Translations under genes and position numbers: made by a program | Shown: piece after piece, positions 12,301 to 27,700 of the stretch | Position numbering within the stretch: position 1 is the stretch's first letter | How the letters are laid out: the number at the start of each line of letters is the position of its first letter | The notes under the pieces: generated by a model | What the model was told of the DNA's origin: nothing | Seen by the model: only the letters and a program-made list of their open reading frames with translations | The model's database searches: none | DNA from: the human T2T-CHM13v2.0 reference genome, Homo sapiens | DNA: 64,000 nt | Assembly: GCF_009914755.1 (NCBI RefSeq) | Contig: NC_060939.1 | Strand: one strand, 5' to 3'

Positions 12301-13950
12301 TTCCATTCCATACAGTTGCATTCCATTGGATTCCATGCTATATCTATAAATTCAATTCGAGACCATTGCTTTTGAGTCCATTCTATATGATTCCATTCCA
12401 TTCAAGTCCATTACATTTGGTTCAATTCCATTCCATTCCATTCCCTTCCATTCCATTCCAGTTGATATCAATCCTTTCGATTCCATTCCATTCGAGCACA
12501 TTCCATTCGAGTCCATTCCATTCGATGCCATTCCATTTGATTCTATTCCATTAGTCTCCATTCAATTCCATTAATCTCCATTCCATTCCATTCTACTCCA
12601 ACTGATTCCATTCCATTCTATTCCTTTCCATTCCATTCCATTCCATTCCATTCCATTTCATTCCATTCCATTCCATTCGTGTCCATTCCACTCCAGTCCA
12701 TTCCATTCGTGTCCATTCCATTCCAGTCCATTCCATTTGTGTGCACTGCATTCCATTCCACTCCATTCCATATTATTCCATTACACTCCATTCCATTCTA
12801 TTACTTTCATTTCCATTCAATTCCATTCCATTTGATTCCATTCCACTCGGTTTCATTCCATTTGAGTCCACTCCATTCCATTCCATTCCATTCCATTCAG
12901 TTCCATTCCATTCTGTTCCATTCCATTCCGTTCCATTACATTCCATTCCATTCGGTACCATTCCATATTGTTCCTTTCGATTCCATTCGATTCCATTCCA
13001 TTCATTTCAATTCCATTCCATTCCATTCCATTACATTCCACTTGATTCCTCTCCATTCCCTTCCACTGCATTCCGTTCGATTCCATTCCATTGCATTGCA
13101 TTCCATTCCATTGGATTGCATTCTATTCGATTCCATTCCATTCGAATCAATTACATAGCAATCCATTACATTCGAGTCTATTCTATTCCGTTCCATTCGA
13201 TTTCGTTCCAATCCATTCGATTCCATTCCATTCGATTCCATTCCATACTATTGCATTCCATTCGATTACATTATATTCGAATAAGTTCCATTCAAGACCA
13301 TTTCTTTTGAGTCCATTCTATTTGAGTCCATTCCCTTTGATTCCATAACATTTGAGTCCATTCAATTCCATTCCTTTCGTTTCCATTCCATTTGATGCCA
13401 TTCCATTCAATTCTGTTCTACTCGACTCCAATACATTCAATTCCATTCCCTCCGATTCCATTACATTCTTTTCATTTCTTATCCATTTCAAGCCATTCCA
13501 CTCCATTCCATTCCACTCGTTTCCTTTCCAGTCGAGTCCATTCCTCTCCAGTCCATTCCGTTGAATCCATTCCATTCCAGTCCATTCCATTCGAGTCCAT
13601 TCCATTCCAGTCCATTCCATTCGAGTCAATTCCATCCCATTCGATGTCTTCCCATAACGATCCATTACATTCTATTCCTTTCGATTCCATTCCATTCTAT
13701 TTCATTCCATTCGATTCCCTTCCATTGGACTCCTTTCCATTCGAGTGCATTCCATTCCGTTCCATTACTTTCCGTTCAGTACGATTCCTACCGTTCGATT
13801 TCATTTTCTTCCAGTCCATTCCTTTCGCGTCCATTCCATTCCATTTCACTCCATTCGATTCCATTCCACTCGATTCCACTTCGTTCCATTTCATTGCATT
13901 CCATTCTATTCAACTCTATTGCCTTCCATTCCATTCCATTCGATTACATT
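3340..13950 (+). repeat. Local higher-order repeat: 5362-bp three-unit duplication (A, B, A-with-30-bp-deletion)
   Basis: Anchors 3719/9081, 5528/10890, 7317/12679 and 8030/13392 all differ by 5362 (=1804+1764+1794). The copies share a 30-bp deletion (~7620, ~12980), CCCTCCGATT and CATTACTTTCCGTTCAGTAC. Confidence 0.85.
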
Positions 13951-16900
13951 CCATCCGATTCCATTCGAAATCGAATCAATTACATTGCAATCCATTACTA
14001 TTGAGTCCATTTTATTCCAGTCCACTGCATTCTGGTCCATTCCATTTGATTCCATTCCATTCTATTCCATTCCATACAGTTGCATTCCATTGGATTCCAT
14101 TCTATATCTATAAATTCAATTCGAGACCATTGCTTTTGAGTCCATTCTATATGATTCCATTCCATTCAAGTCCATTACATTTGGTTCAATTCCATTCCAT
14201 TCCATTCCCTTCCATTCCATTCCAGTTGATATCAATCCATTCGATTCCATTCCATTCGAGCACATTCCATTCCACTCCATTCCATTCGATGCCATTCCAT
14301 TTGATTCTATTCCATTAGTCTCCATTCAATTCCATTAATCTCCACTCCATTCCATTCTACTCCAACTGATTCCATTCCATTCTATTCCTTTCCATTCCAT
14401 TTCATTCCATTCCATTCCATTTCATTCCATTCCATTCCATTCGCTTCTATTCCATTCGTGTCCATTCCACTCCAGTCCATTCCATTCGTGTCCATTCCAT
14501 TCCAGTCCATTCCATTTGTGTCCACTGCATTCCATTCCACTCCATTCCATATTATTCCATTACACTCCATTCCATTCTATTACTTTCATTTCCATTCAAT
14601 TCCATTCCATTTGATTCCATTCCACTCGGTTTCATTCCATTTGAGTCCACTCCATTCCATTCCATTCCATTCCATTCAGTTCCATTCCATTCTGTTCCAT
14701 TCCATTCCGTTCCATTGCATTCCATTCCATTCGGTACCATTCCATATTGTTCTATTCGATTCCATTCGAATCCATTCCATTCCAGTCCATTCCATTCGAT
14801 TCCATTCCATTCCTTTCAATTCCATTCCATTCCATTCCATTCCACTTGATTCCACTCCATTCCCTTCCACTGCATTCCATTCGATTCCATTCCATTGCAT
14901 TGCATTCCATTCCATTGGACTGCATTCCATTCGATTCCATTCCATTCGAATCAATTACATAGCAATCCATTACATTCGAGTCTATTCTATTCAGTTCCAT
15001 TCGATTTCGTTCCAATCCATTCGATTCCATTCCATTCGATTCCATTCCATACTATTGCATTCCATTCTATTACATTATATTCGAATAAGTTCCATTCAAG
15101 ACCATTTCTTTTGAGTCCATTCTATTTGAGTCCATTCCCTTTGATTCCATAACATTTGAGTCCATTCAATTCCATTCCTTTCGTTTGCATTCCATTTGAT
15201 GCCATTCCATTCAATTCTGTTCTACTCGACTCCAATACATTCAATTCCATTCCATCCGATTCCATTACATTCTTTTCATTTCTTATCCATTTCAAGCCAT
15301 TCCACTCCATTCCGTTCCACTCGTTTCCTTTCCATTCGAGTCCATCACTCTCCAGTCCATTCCGTTCAATCCATTCCATTCCAGTCCATTCCATTCGAGT
15401 CCGTTCCATTCCAGTCCATTCCATTCGAGCCAATTCCATTCCATTCGATGTCTTTCCATAACGATCCATTCCATTCTATTCCTTTCGATTCCATTCCATT
15501 CTATTTCATTCCATTCGATTCCCTTCCATTGGACTCCTTTCCATTCGAGTGCATTCCATTCCGTTCCATTTCTTTCGGTTCTGTACGATTCCTACCTTTC
15601 GATTTCATTTTGTTCCAGTCCATTCCTTTCGCGTCCATTCCATTCCATTTCACTCCATTCGATTCCATTCCACTCGATTCCACTTCGTTCCATTTCATTG
15701 CATTCCATTCTATTCAACTCTATTGCCTTCCATTCCATTCCATTCGATTACATTCCATGCGATTCCATTCGAAATCGAATCAATTACATTGCAATCCATT
15801 ACTATTGAGTCCATTTTATTCCAGTCCACTGCATTCTGGTCCATTCCATTTGATTCCATTCCATTCTATTCCATTCCATACAGTTGCATTCCATTGGATT
15901 CCATTCTATATCTATAAATTCAATTCGAGACCATTGCTTTTGAATCCATTGTATATGATTCCATTCCATTCAAGTCCATTACATTTGGTTCAATTCCATT
16001 CCATTCCATTCCATTCCATTCCATTCCAGTTGATATCAATCCATTCGATTCCATTCCATTCGAGCACATTCCATTCGAGTCCATTCCATTCGATGCCATT
16101 CCATTTGATTCTATTCCACTAGTCTCCATTCAATTCCATTAATCTCCATTCCATTCCATTCTACTCCAACTGATACCATTCCATTCTATTCCTTTCCATT
16201 CCATTTCATTCCATTCCATTCCATTTCATTCCATTCCATTCCATTCGCTTCCATTAAATTCGTGTCCATTCCACTCCAGTCCATTCCATTCGTGTTCATT
16301 CCATTCCTGTCCATTCCATTTGTGTCCACTGCATTCCATTCCACTCCATTCCATATTATTCCATTACACTCCATTCCATTCTATTACTTTCATTTCCATT
16401 CAATTCCATTCCATTTGATTCCATTCCACTCGGTTTCATTCCATTTGAATCCACTCCATTCCATTCCATTCCATTCAGTTCCATTCCATTCTGTTCCATT
16501 CCATTCCGTTCCATTGCATTCCATTCCATTCGGTACCATTCCATATTGTTCCATTCGATTCCATTCGAATCCATTCCATTCCAGTCCATTCCATTCGATT
16601 CCATTCCATTCCTTTCAATTCCATTCCATTCCATTCCATTCCACTTGATTCCACTCCATTCCCTTCCACTGCATTCCATTCGATTCCATTCCATTGCATT
16701 GCATTCCATTCCATTGGACTGCATTCCATTCGATTCCATTCCATTTGAATCAATTACATAGCAATCCATTACATTCGAGTCTATTCTATTCCGTTCCATT
16801 CGATTTCGTTCCAATCCATTCGATTCCATTCCATTCGATTCCATTCCATACTATTGCATTCCATTCTATTACATTATATTCGAATAAGTTCCATTCAAGA

Positions 16901-19900
16901 CCATTTCTTTTGAGTCCATTCTATTTGAGTCCATTCCCTTTGATTCCATAACATTTGAGTCCATTCAATTCCATTCCTTTCGTTTCCATTCCATTTGATG
17001 CCATTCCATTCAATTCTGTTCTACTCGACTCCAATACATTCAATTCCATTCCATCCGATTCCATTACATTCTTTTCATTTCTTATCCATTTCAAGCCATT
17101 CCACTCCATTCCATTCCACTCGTTTCCTTTCCATTCGAGTCCATTCCTCTCCAGTCCATTCCGTTCAATCCATTCCATTCCAGTCCATTCCATTCGAGTC
17201 CGTTCCATTCCAGTCCATTCCATTCGAGTCAATTCCATTCCATTCGATGTCTTTCCATAACGATCCATTCCATTCTATTCCTTTCGATTCCATTCCATTC
17301 TATTTCATTGCATTCGATTCCCTTCCATTGGACTCCTTTCCATTCGAGTGCATTCCATTCCGTTCCATTTCTTTCCGTTCTGTACGATTCCTACCGTTCG
17401 ATTTCATTTTGTTCCAGTCCATTCCTTTCGCTTCCATTCCATTCCATTTCACTCCATTCGATTCCATTCCACTCGATTCCACTTCGTTCCATTTCATTGC
17501 ATTCCATTCTATTCAACTCTATTGCCTTCCATTCCATTCCATTCGATTACATTCCATGCGATTCCATTCGAAATCGAATCAATTACATTGCAATCCATTA
17601 CTATTGAGTCCGTTTTATTCCAGTCCACTGCATTCTGGTCCATTCCATTTGATTCCATTCCATTCTATTCCATTCCATACAGTTGCATTCCATTGGATTC
17701 CATTCTATATCTATAAATTCAATTCGAGACCATTGATTTTGAGTCCATTCTATATGATTCCATTCCATTCAAGTCCATTACGTTTGGTTCAATTCCATTC
17801 CATTATATTCCCTTCCATTCCATTCCAGTTGATATCAATGCATTCGATTCAATTCCATTCGAGCACATTCCATTCGAGTCCATTCCATTCGATGCCATTC
17901 CATTTGATTCTATTCCATTAGTCTCCATTCAATTCCATTAATCTCCATTCCATTCCATTCTACTCCTACTGATTCCACTCCATTCTATTCCTTTCCATTC
18001 CATTTCATTCCATTCCATTCCATTTCATTCCATTCCATTCCATTCGTGTCCATTCCACTCCAGTCCATTCCATTCGTGTCCATTCCATTCCAGTCCATTC
18101 CATTTGTGTCCACTGCATTCCATTCCACTCCATTCCATATTATTCCATTACACTCCATTCCATTCTATTACTTTCATTTCCATTCAATTCCATTCCATTT
18201 GATTCCATTCCACTCGGTTTCATTCCATTTGAGTCCACTCCATTCCATTCCATTCCATTCCATTCAGTTCCATTCCATTCTGTTCCATTCCATTCCGTTC
18301 CATTACATTCCATTCCATTCGGTACCATTCCATATTGTTCCATTCGATTCCATTCGAATCCATTCCATTCCAGTCCATTCCATTCGATTCCATTCCATTC
18401 ATTTCAATTCCATTCCATTGCATTCCATTACATTCCACTTGATTCCTCTCCATTCCCTTCCACTGCATTCCGTTCGATTCCATTCCATTGCATTGCATTC
18501 CATTCCATTGGATTGCATTCCATTCGATTCCATTCCATTCGAATCAATTACATAGCAATCCATTACATTCGAGTCTATTCTATTCCGTTCCATTCGATTT
18601 CGTTCCAATCCATTCGATTCCATTCCATTCGATTCCATTCCATACTATTGCATTCCATTCGATTACATTATATTCGAATAAGTTCCATTCAAGACCATTT
18701 CTTTTGAGTCCATTCTATTTGAGTCCATTCCCTTTGATTCCATAACATTTGAGTCCATTCAATTCCATTCCTTTCGTTTCCATTCCATTTGATGCCATTC
18801 CATTCAATTCTGTTCTACTCGACTCCAATACATTCAATTCCATTCCATCTGATTCCATTACATTCTTTTCATTTCTTATCCATTTCAAGCCATTCCACTC
18901 CATTCCATTCCACTCGTTTCCTTTCCATTCGAGTCCATTCCTCTCCAGTCCATTCCGTTCAATCCATTCCATTCCAGTCCATTCCATTCGAGTCCGTTCC
19001 ATTCCAGTCCAATCCATTCGAGTCAATTCCATCCCATTCGATGTCTTTCCATAACGATCCATTCCATTCTATTCCTTTCGATTCCATTCCATTCTATTTC
19101 ATTCCATTCGATTCCCTTCTATTGGACTCCTTTCCATTCGAGTGCATTCCATTCCGTTCCATTTCTTTCCGTTCTGTACGATTCCTACCGTTCGATTTCA
19201 TTTTGTTCCAGTCCATTCCATTCGCGTCCATTCCATTCCATTTCACTCCATTCGATTCCATTCCACTCGATTCCACTTCGTTCCATTTCATTGCATTCCA
19301 TTCTATTCAACTCTATTGCCTTCCATTCCATTCCATTCGATTACATTCCATGCGATTCCATTCGAAATCGAATCAATTACATTGCAATCCATTACTATTG
19401 AGTCCATTTTATTCCAGTCCACTGCATTCTGGTCCATTCCATTTGATTCCATTCCATTCTATTCCATTCCATACAGTTGCATTCCATTGGATTCCATTCT
19501 ATATCTATAAATTCAATTCGAGACCATTGCTTTTGAATCCATTCTATATGATTCCATTCCATTCAAGTCCATTACATTTGGTTCAATTCCATTCCATTCC
19601 ATTCCCTTCCATTCCATTCCAGTTGATATCAATCCATTCGATTCCATTCCATTCGAGCACATTCCATTCGAGTCCATTCCATTCGATGCCATTCCATTTG
19701 ATTCTATTCCATTAGTCTCCATTCAATTCCATTAATCTCCATTCCATTCCATTCTACTCCAACTGATTCCATTCCATTCTATTCCTTTCCATTCCATTTC
19801 ATTCCATTCCATTCCATTCCATTCCATTCCATTCGCTTCCATTCCATTCGTGTCCATTCCACTCCAGTCCATTCCATTCGTGTCCATTCCATTCCAGTCC

Positions 19901-22900
19901 ATTCCATTTGTGTCCACTGCATTCCATTCCACTCCATTCCATATTATTCCATTACACTCCATTCCATTCTATTACTTTCATTTCCATTCAATTCCGTTCC
20001 ATTTGATTCCGTTCCACTCGGTTTCATTCCATTTGAGTCCACTCCATTCCATTCCATTCCATTCCATTCAGTTCCATTCCATTCTGTTCCATTCCATTCC
20101 GTTCCATTGCATTCCATTCCATTCGGTACCATTCCATATTGTTCCATTCGATTCCATTCGAATCCATTCCATTCCAGTCCATTCCATTCGATTCCATTCC
20201 ATTCCTTTCAATTCCATTCCATTCCATTCCATTCCACTTGATTCCACTCCATTCCCTTCCACTGCATTCCATTCGATTCCGTTCCATTGCATTGCATTCC
20301 ATTCCATTGGACTGCATTCCATTCGATTCCATTCCATTCGAATCAATTACATAGCAATCCATTACATTCGGGTCTATTCTATTCCGTTCCATTCGATTTC
20401 ATTCCAAACCATTCGATTCCATTCCATACTATTGCATTCCATTCTATTACATTATATTCGAATAAGTTCCATTCAAGACCATTTCTTTTGAGTCCATTCT
20501 ATTTGAGTCCATTCTATTTGAATCCATTCCCTTTGATTCCATAACGTTTGAGTCCATTCAATTCCATTCCTTTCGTTTCCATTCCATTTGATGTCATTCC
20601 ATTCAATTCTGTTCTACTCGACTCCAATACATTCAATTCCATTCCATCCGATTCCATTACATTCTTTTCATTTCTTATCCATTTCAAGCCATTCCACTCC
20701 ATTCCATTCCACTCGTTTCCTTTCCATTCGAGTCCATTCCTCTCCAGTCCATTCCGTTCAATCCATTCCATTCCAGTCCATTCCATTCGAGTCCGTTCCA
20801 TTCCAGTCCATTCCATTCGAGTCAATTCCATTCCATTCGATGTCTTTCCATAACGATCCATTCCATTCTATTCCTTTCGATTCCATTCCATTCTATTTCA
20901 TTGCATTCGATTCCCTTCCATTGGACTCCTTTCCATTCGAGTGCATTCCATTCCGTTCCATTTCTTTCCGTTCTGTACGATTCCTACCGTTCGATTTCAT
21001 TTTGTTCCAGTCCATTCCTTTCGCTTCCATTCCATTCCATTTCACTCCATTCGATTCCATTCCACTCGATTCCACTTCGTTCCATTTCATTGCATTCCAT
21101 TCTATTCAACTCTATTGCCTTCCATTCCATTCCATTCGATTACATTCCATGCGATTCCATTCGAAATCGAATCAATTACATTGCAATCCATTACTATTGA
21201 GTCCGTTTTATTGCAGTCCACTGCATTCTGGTCCATTCCATTTGATTCCATTCCATTCTATTCCATTCCATACAGTTGCATTCCATTGGATTCCATTCTA
21301 TATCTATAAATTAAATTCGAGACCATTGCTTTTGAGTCCATTCTATATGATTCCATTCCATTCAAGTCCATTACATTTGGTTCAATTCCATTCCATTATA
21401 TTCCCTTCCATTCCATTCCAGTTGATATCAATCCATTCGATTCAATTCCATTCGAGCACATTCCATTCGAGTCCATTCCATTCGATGCCATTCCATTTGA
21501 TTCTATTCCATTAGTCTCCATTCAATTCCATTAATCTCCATTCCATTCCATTCTACTCCTACTGATTCCACTCCATTCTATTCCTTTCCATTCCATTTCA
21601 TTCCATTCCATTCCATTTCATTCCATTCCATTCCATTCGTGTCCATTCCACTCCAGTCCATTCCATTCGTGTCCATTCCATTCCAGTCCATTCCATTTGT
21701 GTCCACTGCATTCCATTCCACTCCATTCCATATTATTCCATTACACTCCATTCCATTCTATTACTTTCATTTCCATTCAATTCCATTCCGTTTGATTCCA
21801 TTCCACTCGGTTTCATTCCATTTGAGTCCACTCCATTCCATTCCATTCCATTCCATTCCATTCAGTTCCATTCCATTCTGTTCCATTCCATTCCGTTCCA
21901 TTACATTCCATTCCATTCGGTACCATTCCATATTGTTCCATTCGATTCCATTCGAATCCATTCCATTCCAGTCCATTCCATTCGATTCCATTCCATTCAT
22001 TTCAATTCCATTCCATTCCATTCCATTACATTCCACTTGATTCCTCTCCATTCCCTTCCACTGCATTCCGTTCGATTCCATTCTATTGCATTGCATTCCA
22101 TTCCATTGGATTGCATTCCATTCGATTCCATTCCATTCGAATCAATTACATAGCAATCCATTACATTCGAGTCTATTCTCTTCCGTTCCATTCGATTTCG
22201 TTCCAATCCATTCGATTCCATTCCATTCGACTCCATTCCATACTATTGCATTCCATTCTATTACATTATATTCTAATAAGTTCCATTCAAGACCATTTCT
22301 TTTGAGTCCATTCTATTTGAGTCCATTCCCTTTGATTCCATAACATTTGAGTCCATTCAATTCCATTCCTTTCGTTCCCATTCCATTTGATGCCATTCCA
22401 TTCAATTCTGTTCTACTCGACTCCAATACATTCAATTCCATTCCATCCGATTCCATTCCATTCTTTTCATTTCTTATCCATTTCAAGCCATTCCACTCCA
22501 TTCCATTCCACTCGTTTCCTTTCCATTCGAGTCCATTCCTCTCCAGTCCATTCCGTTCAATCCATTCCATTCCAGTCCATTCCATTCGAGTCCGTTCCAT
22601 TCCAGTCCAATCCATTCGAGTCAATTCCATCCCATTCGATGTCTTTCCATAATGATCCATTCCATTCTATTCCTTTCGATTCCATTCCATTCTATTTCAT
22701 TCCATTCGATTCCCTTCCATTGGACTCCTTTCCATTCGAGTGCATTCCATTCCGTTCCATTTCTTTCCGTTCTGTACGATTCCTACCGTTCGATTTCATT
22801 TTGTTCCAGTCCATTCCTTTCGCGTCCATTCCATTCCATTTCACTCCATTCGATTCCATTCCACTCGATTCCACTTCGTTCCATTTCATTGCATTCCATT

Positions 22901-24799
22901 CTATTCAACTCTATTGCCTTCCATTCCATTCCATTCGATTACATTCCATGCGATTCCATTCGAAATCGAATCAATTACATTGCAATCCATTACTATTGAG
23001 TCCATTTTATTCCAGTCCACTGCATTCTGGTCCATTCCATTTGATTCCATTCCATTCTATTCCATTCCATACAGTTGCATTCCATTGGATTCCATTCTAT
23101 ATTTATAAATTCAATTCGAGACCATTGCTTTTGAGTCCATTCTATATGATTCCATTCCATTCAAGTCCATTACATTTGGTTCAATTCCATTCCATTCCAT
23201 TCCCTTACATTCCATTCCAGTTGATATCAATCCATTCCATTCCATTCCATTCGAGCACATTCCATTCGAGTCCATTCCATTCGATGCCATTCCATTTGAT
23301 TCTATTCCATTAGTCTCCATTCAATTCCATTAATCTCCATTACATTCCATTCTACTCCAACTGATTCCATTCCATTCTATTCCTTTCCAATCCTTTCCAT
23401 TCCATTCCATTCCATTTCATTCCATTCCATTCCATTTCATTCCATTCCATTCCATTCGCTTCCATTCCATTCGTGTCCATTCCACTCCAGTCCATTCCAT
23501 TCGTGTCCATTCCATTCCAGTCCATTCCATTTGTGTCCACTGCATTCCATTCCACTCCATTCCATATTATTCCATTACACTCCATTCCATTCTATTACTT
23601 TCATTTCCATTCAATTCCATTCCATTTGATTCCATTCCACTCGGTTTCATTCCATTTGAGTCCACTCCATTCCATTCCATTCCATTCAGTTCCATTCCAT
23701 TCTGTTCCATTCCATTCCGTTCCATTGCATTCCATTCCATTCGGTACCATTCCATATTGTTCCATTCGATTCCATTCGAATCCATTCCATTCCAGTCCAT
23801 TCCATTCGATTCCATTCCATTCCTTTCAATTCCATTCCATTCCATTCCATTCCACTTGATTCCACTCCATTCCCTTCCACTGCATTCCGTTCGATTCCAT
23901 TCCATTGCATTGCATTCCATTCCATTGGACTGCATTCCATTCGATTCCATTCCATTCGAATCAATTACATAGCAATCCATTACATTCGGGTCTATTCTAT
24001 TCCGTTCCATTCGATTTCATTCCAATCCATTCGATTCCAGTCCATACTATTGCATTCCATTCTATTACATTATATTCGAATAAGTTCCATTCAAGACCAT
24101 TTCTTTTGAGTCCATTCTATTTGAGTCCATTCCCTTTGATTCCATAACATTTGAGTCCATTCAATTCCATTCCTTTCGTTTGCATTCCATTTGATGCCAT
24201 TCCATTCAATTCTGTTCTACTCGACTCCAATACATTCAATTCCATTCCATCCGATTCCATTACATTCTTTTCATTTCTTATCCATTTCAAGCCATTCCAC
24301 TCCATTCCATTCCACTCGTTTCCTTTCCATTCGAGTCCATTCCTCTCCAGTCCATTCCGTTCAATCCATTCCATTCCAGTCCATTCCATTCGAGTCCGTT
24401 CCATTCCAGTCCATTCCATTCGAGTCAATTCCATTCCATTCGATGTCTTTCCATAACGATCCATTCCATTCTATTCCTTTCGATTCCATTCCATTCTATT
24501 TCATTCCATTCGATTCCCTTCCATTGGACTCCTTTCCATTCGAGTGCATTCCATTCCGTTCCATTTCTTTCCGTTCTGTACGATTCCTACCGTTCGATTT
24601 CATTTTGTTCCAGTCCATTCCTTTCGCGTCCATTCCATTCCATTTCACTCCATTCGATTCCATTCCACTCGATTCCACTTCGTTCCATTTCATTGCATTC
24701 CATTCTATTCAACTCTATTGCCTTCCATTCCATTCCATTCGATTACATTCCATGCGATTCCATTCGAAATCGAATCAATTACATTGCAATCCATTACTA

Positions 24800-27700
24800 T
24801 TGAGTCCGTTTTATTCCAGTCCACTGCATTCTGGTCCATTCCATTTGATTCCATTCCATTCTATTCCATTCCATACAGTTGCATTCCATTGGATTCCATT
24901 CTATATCTATAAATTCAATTCGAGACCATTGCTTTTGAATCCATTCCATAGGATTCCATTCCATTCAAGTCCATTACATTTGATTCAATTCCATTCCATT
25001 CCATTCCCTTCCATTCCATTCCAGTTGATATCAATCCATTCGATTCCATTCCATTCGAGCACATTCCATTTGAGTCCATTCCATTCGATGCCATTCCATT
25101 TGATTCTATTCCATTAGTCTCCAATCAATTCCATTAATCTCCATTCCATTCCATTCTACTCCAACTGATTCCATTCCATTCTATTCCTTTCCATTCCATT
25201 TCATTCCATTCCATTCCATTTCATTCCATTCCATTCCATTCGCTTCCATTCCATTCGTGTCCATTCCACTCCAGTCCATTCCATTCGTGTCCATTCCATT
25301 CCAGTCCATTCCATTTGTGTCCACTGCATTCCATTCCACTCCATTCCATATTATTCCATTACACTCCATTCCATTCTATTACTTTCATTTCCATTCAATT
25401 CCATTCCATTTGATTCCATTCCACTCGGTTTCATTCCATTTGAGTCCACCCCATTGCATTCCATTCCATTCCATTCAGTTCCATTCCATTCTGTTCCATT
25501 CCATTCCGTTCCATTGCATTCCATTCCATTCGGTACCATTCCATATTGTTCCATTCGATTCCATTCGAATCCATTCCATTCCAGTCCATTCCATTCGATT
25601 CCATTCCATTCCTTTCAATTCCATTCCATTCCATTCCATTCCATTCCACTTGATTCCACTCCATTCCCTTCCACTGCATTCCATTCGATTCCATTCCATT
25701 GCATTGCATTCCATTCCATTGGACTGCATTCCATTCGATTCCATTCCATTCGAATCAATTACATAGCAATCCATTACATTCGAGTCTATTCTATTCCGTT
25801 CCGTTCGATTTCGTTCCAATCCATTCGATTCCATTCCATTCGATTGCATTCCATACTATTGCATTCCATTCGATTACATTATATTTGAATAAGTTCCATT
25901 CAAGACCATTTCTTTTGAGTCCATTCTATTTGAGTCCATTCCCTTTGATTCCATAACATTTGAGTCCATTCAATTCCATTCCTTTCGTTTGCATTCCATT
26001 TGATGCCATTCCATTCAATTCTGTTCTACTCGACTCCAATACATTCAATTCCATTCCATCCGATTCCATTACATTCTTTTCATTTCTTATCCATTTCAAG
26101 CCATTCCACTCCATTCCATTCCACTCGTTTCCTTTCCATTCGAGTCCATTCCTCTCCAGTCCATTCCGTTCAATCCATTCCATTCCAGTCCATTCCATTC
26201 GAGTCCGTTCCATTCCAGTCCATTCCATTCGAGTCAATTCCATCCCATTCGATGTCTTTCCATAACGATCCATTCCATTCTATTCCTTTCGATTCCATTC
26301 CATTCTATTTCATTCCATTCGATTCCCTTCCATTGGACTCCTTTCCATTCGAGTGCATTCCATTCCGTTCCATTTCTTTCCGTTCTGTACGATTCCTACC
26401 GTTTGATTTCATTTTGTTCCAGTCCATTCCTTTCGCGTCCATTCCATTCCATTTCACTCCATTCGATTCCATTCCACTCGATTCCACTTCGTTCCATTTC
26501 ATTGCATTCCATTCTATTCAACTCTATTGCCTTCCATTCCATTCCATTCGATTACATTCCATGCGATTCCATTCGAAATCGAATCAATTACATTGCAATC
26601 CATTACTATTGAGTCCATTTTATTCCAGTCCACTGCATTCTGGTCCATTCCATTTGATTCCATTCCATTCTATTCCATTCCATACAGTTGCATTCCATTG
26701 GATTCCATTCTATATCTATAAATTCAATTCGAGACCATTGCTTTTGAATCCATTCTATATGATTCCATTCCATTCAAGTCCATTACATTTGGTTCAATTC
26801 CATTCCATTCCATTCCCTTCCATTCCATTCCAGTTGATATCAATCCATTCGATTCCATTCCATTCGAGCACATTCCTTTCGAGTCCATTCCATTCGATGC
26901 CATTCCATTTGATTCTATTCCATTAGTCTCCATTCAATTCCATTAATCTCCATTCCATTCCATTCTACTCCAACTGATTCCATTCCATTCTATTCCTTTC
27001 CATTCCATTTCATTCCATTCCATTCCATTCCATTACATTCCATTCGCTTCCATTCCATTCGTGTCCATTCCACTCCAGTCCATTCCATTCGTGTCCATTC
27101 CATTCCAGTGCATTCCATTTGTGTCCACTGCATTCCATTCCACTCCATTCCATATTATTCCATTACACTCCATTCCATTCTATTACTTTCATTTCCATTC
27201 AATTCCGTTCCATTTGTTTCCATTCCACTCGGTTTCATTCCATTTGAGTCCACTCCATTCCATTCCATTCCATTCCATTCAGTTCCATTCCATTCTGTTC
27301 CATTCCATTCCGTTCCATTGCATTCCATTCCATTCGGTACCATTCCATATTGTTCCATTCGATTCCATTCGAATCCATTCCATTCCAGTCCATTCCATTC
27401 GATTCCATTCCATTCCTTTCAATTCCATTCCATTCCATTCCATTCCACTTGATTCCACTCCATTCCCTTCCACTGCATTCCATTCGATTCCATTCCATTG
27501 CATTGCATTCCATTCCATTGGACTGCATTCCATTCGATTCCGTTCCATTCGAATCAATTACATAGCAATCCATTACATTCGGGTCTATTCTATTCCGTTC
27601 CATTCGATTTCATTCCAATCCATTCGATTCCATTCCATACTATTGCATTCCATTCTATTACATTATATTCTAATAAGTTCCATTCAAGACCATTTCTTTT

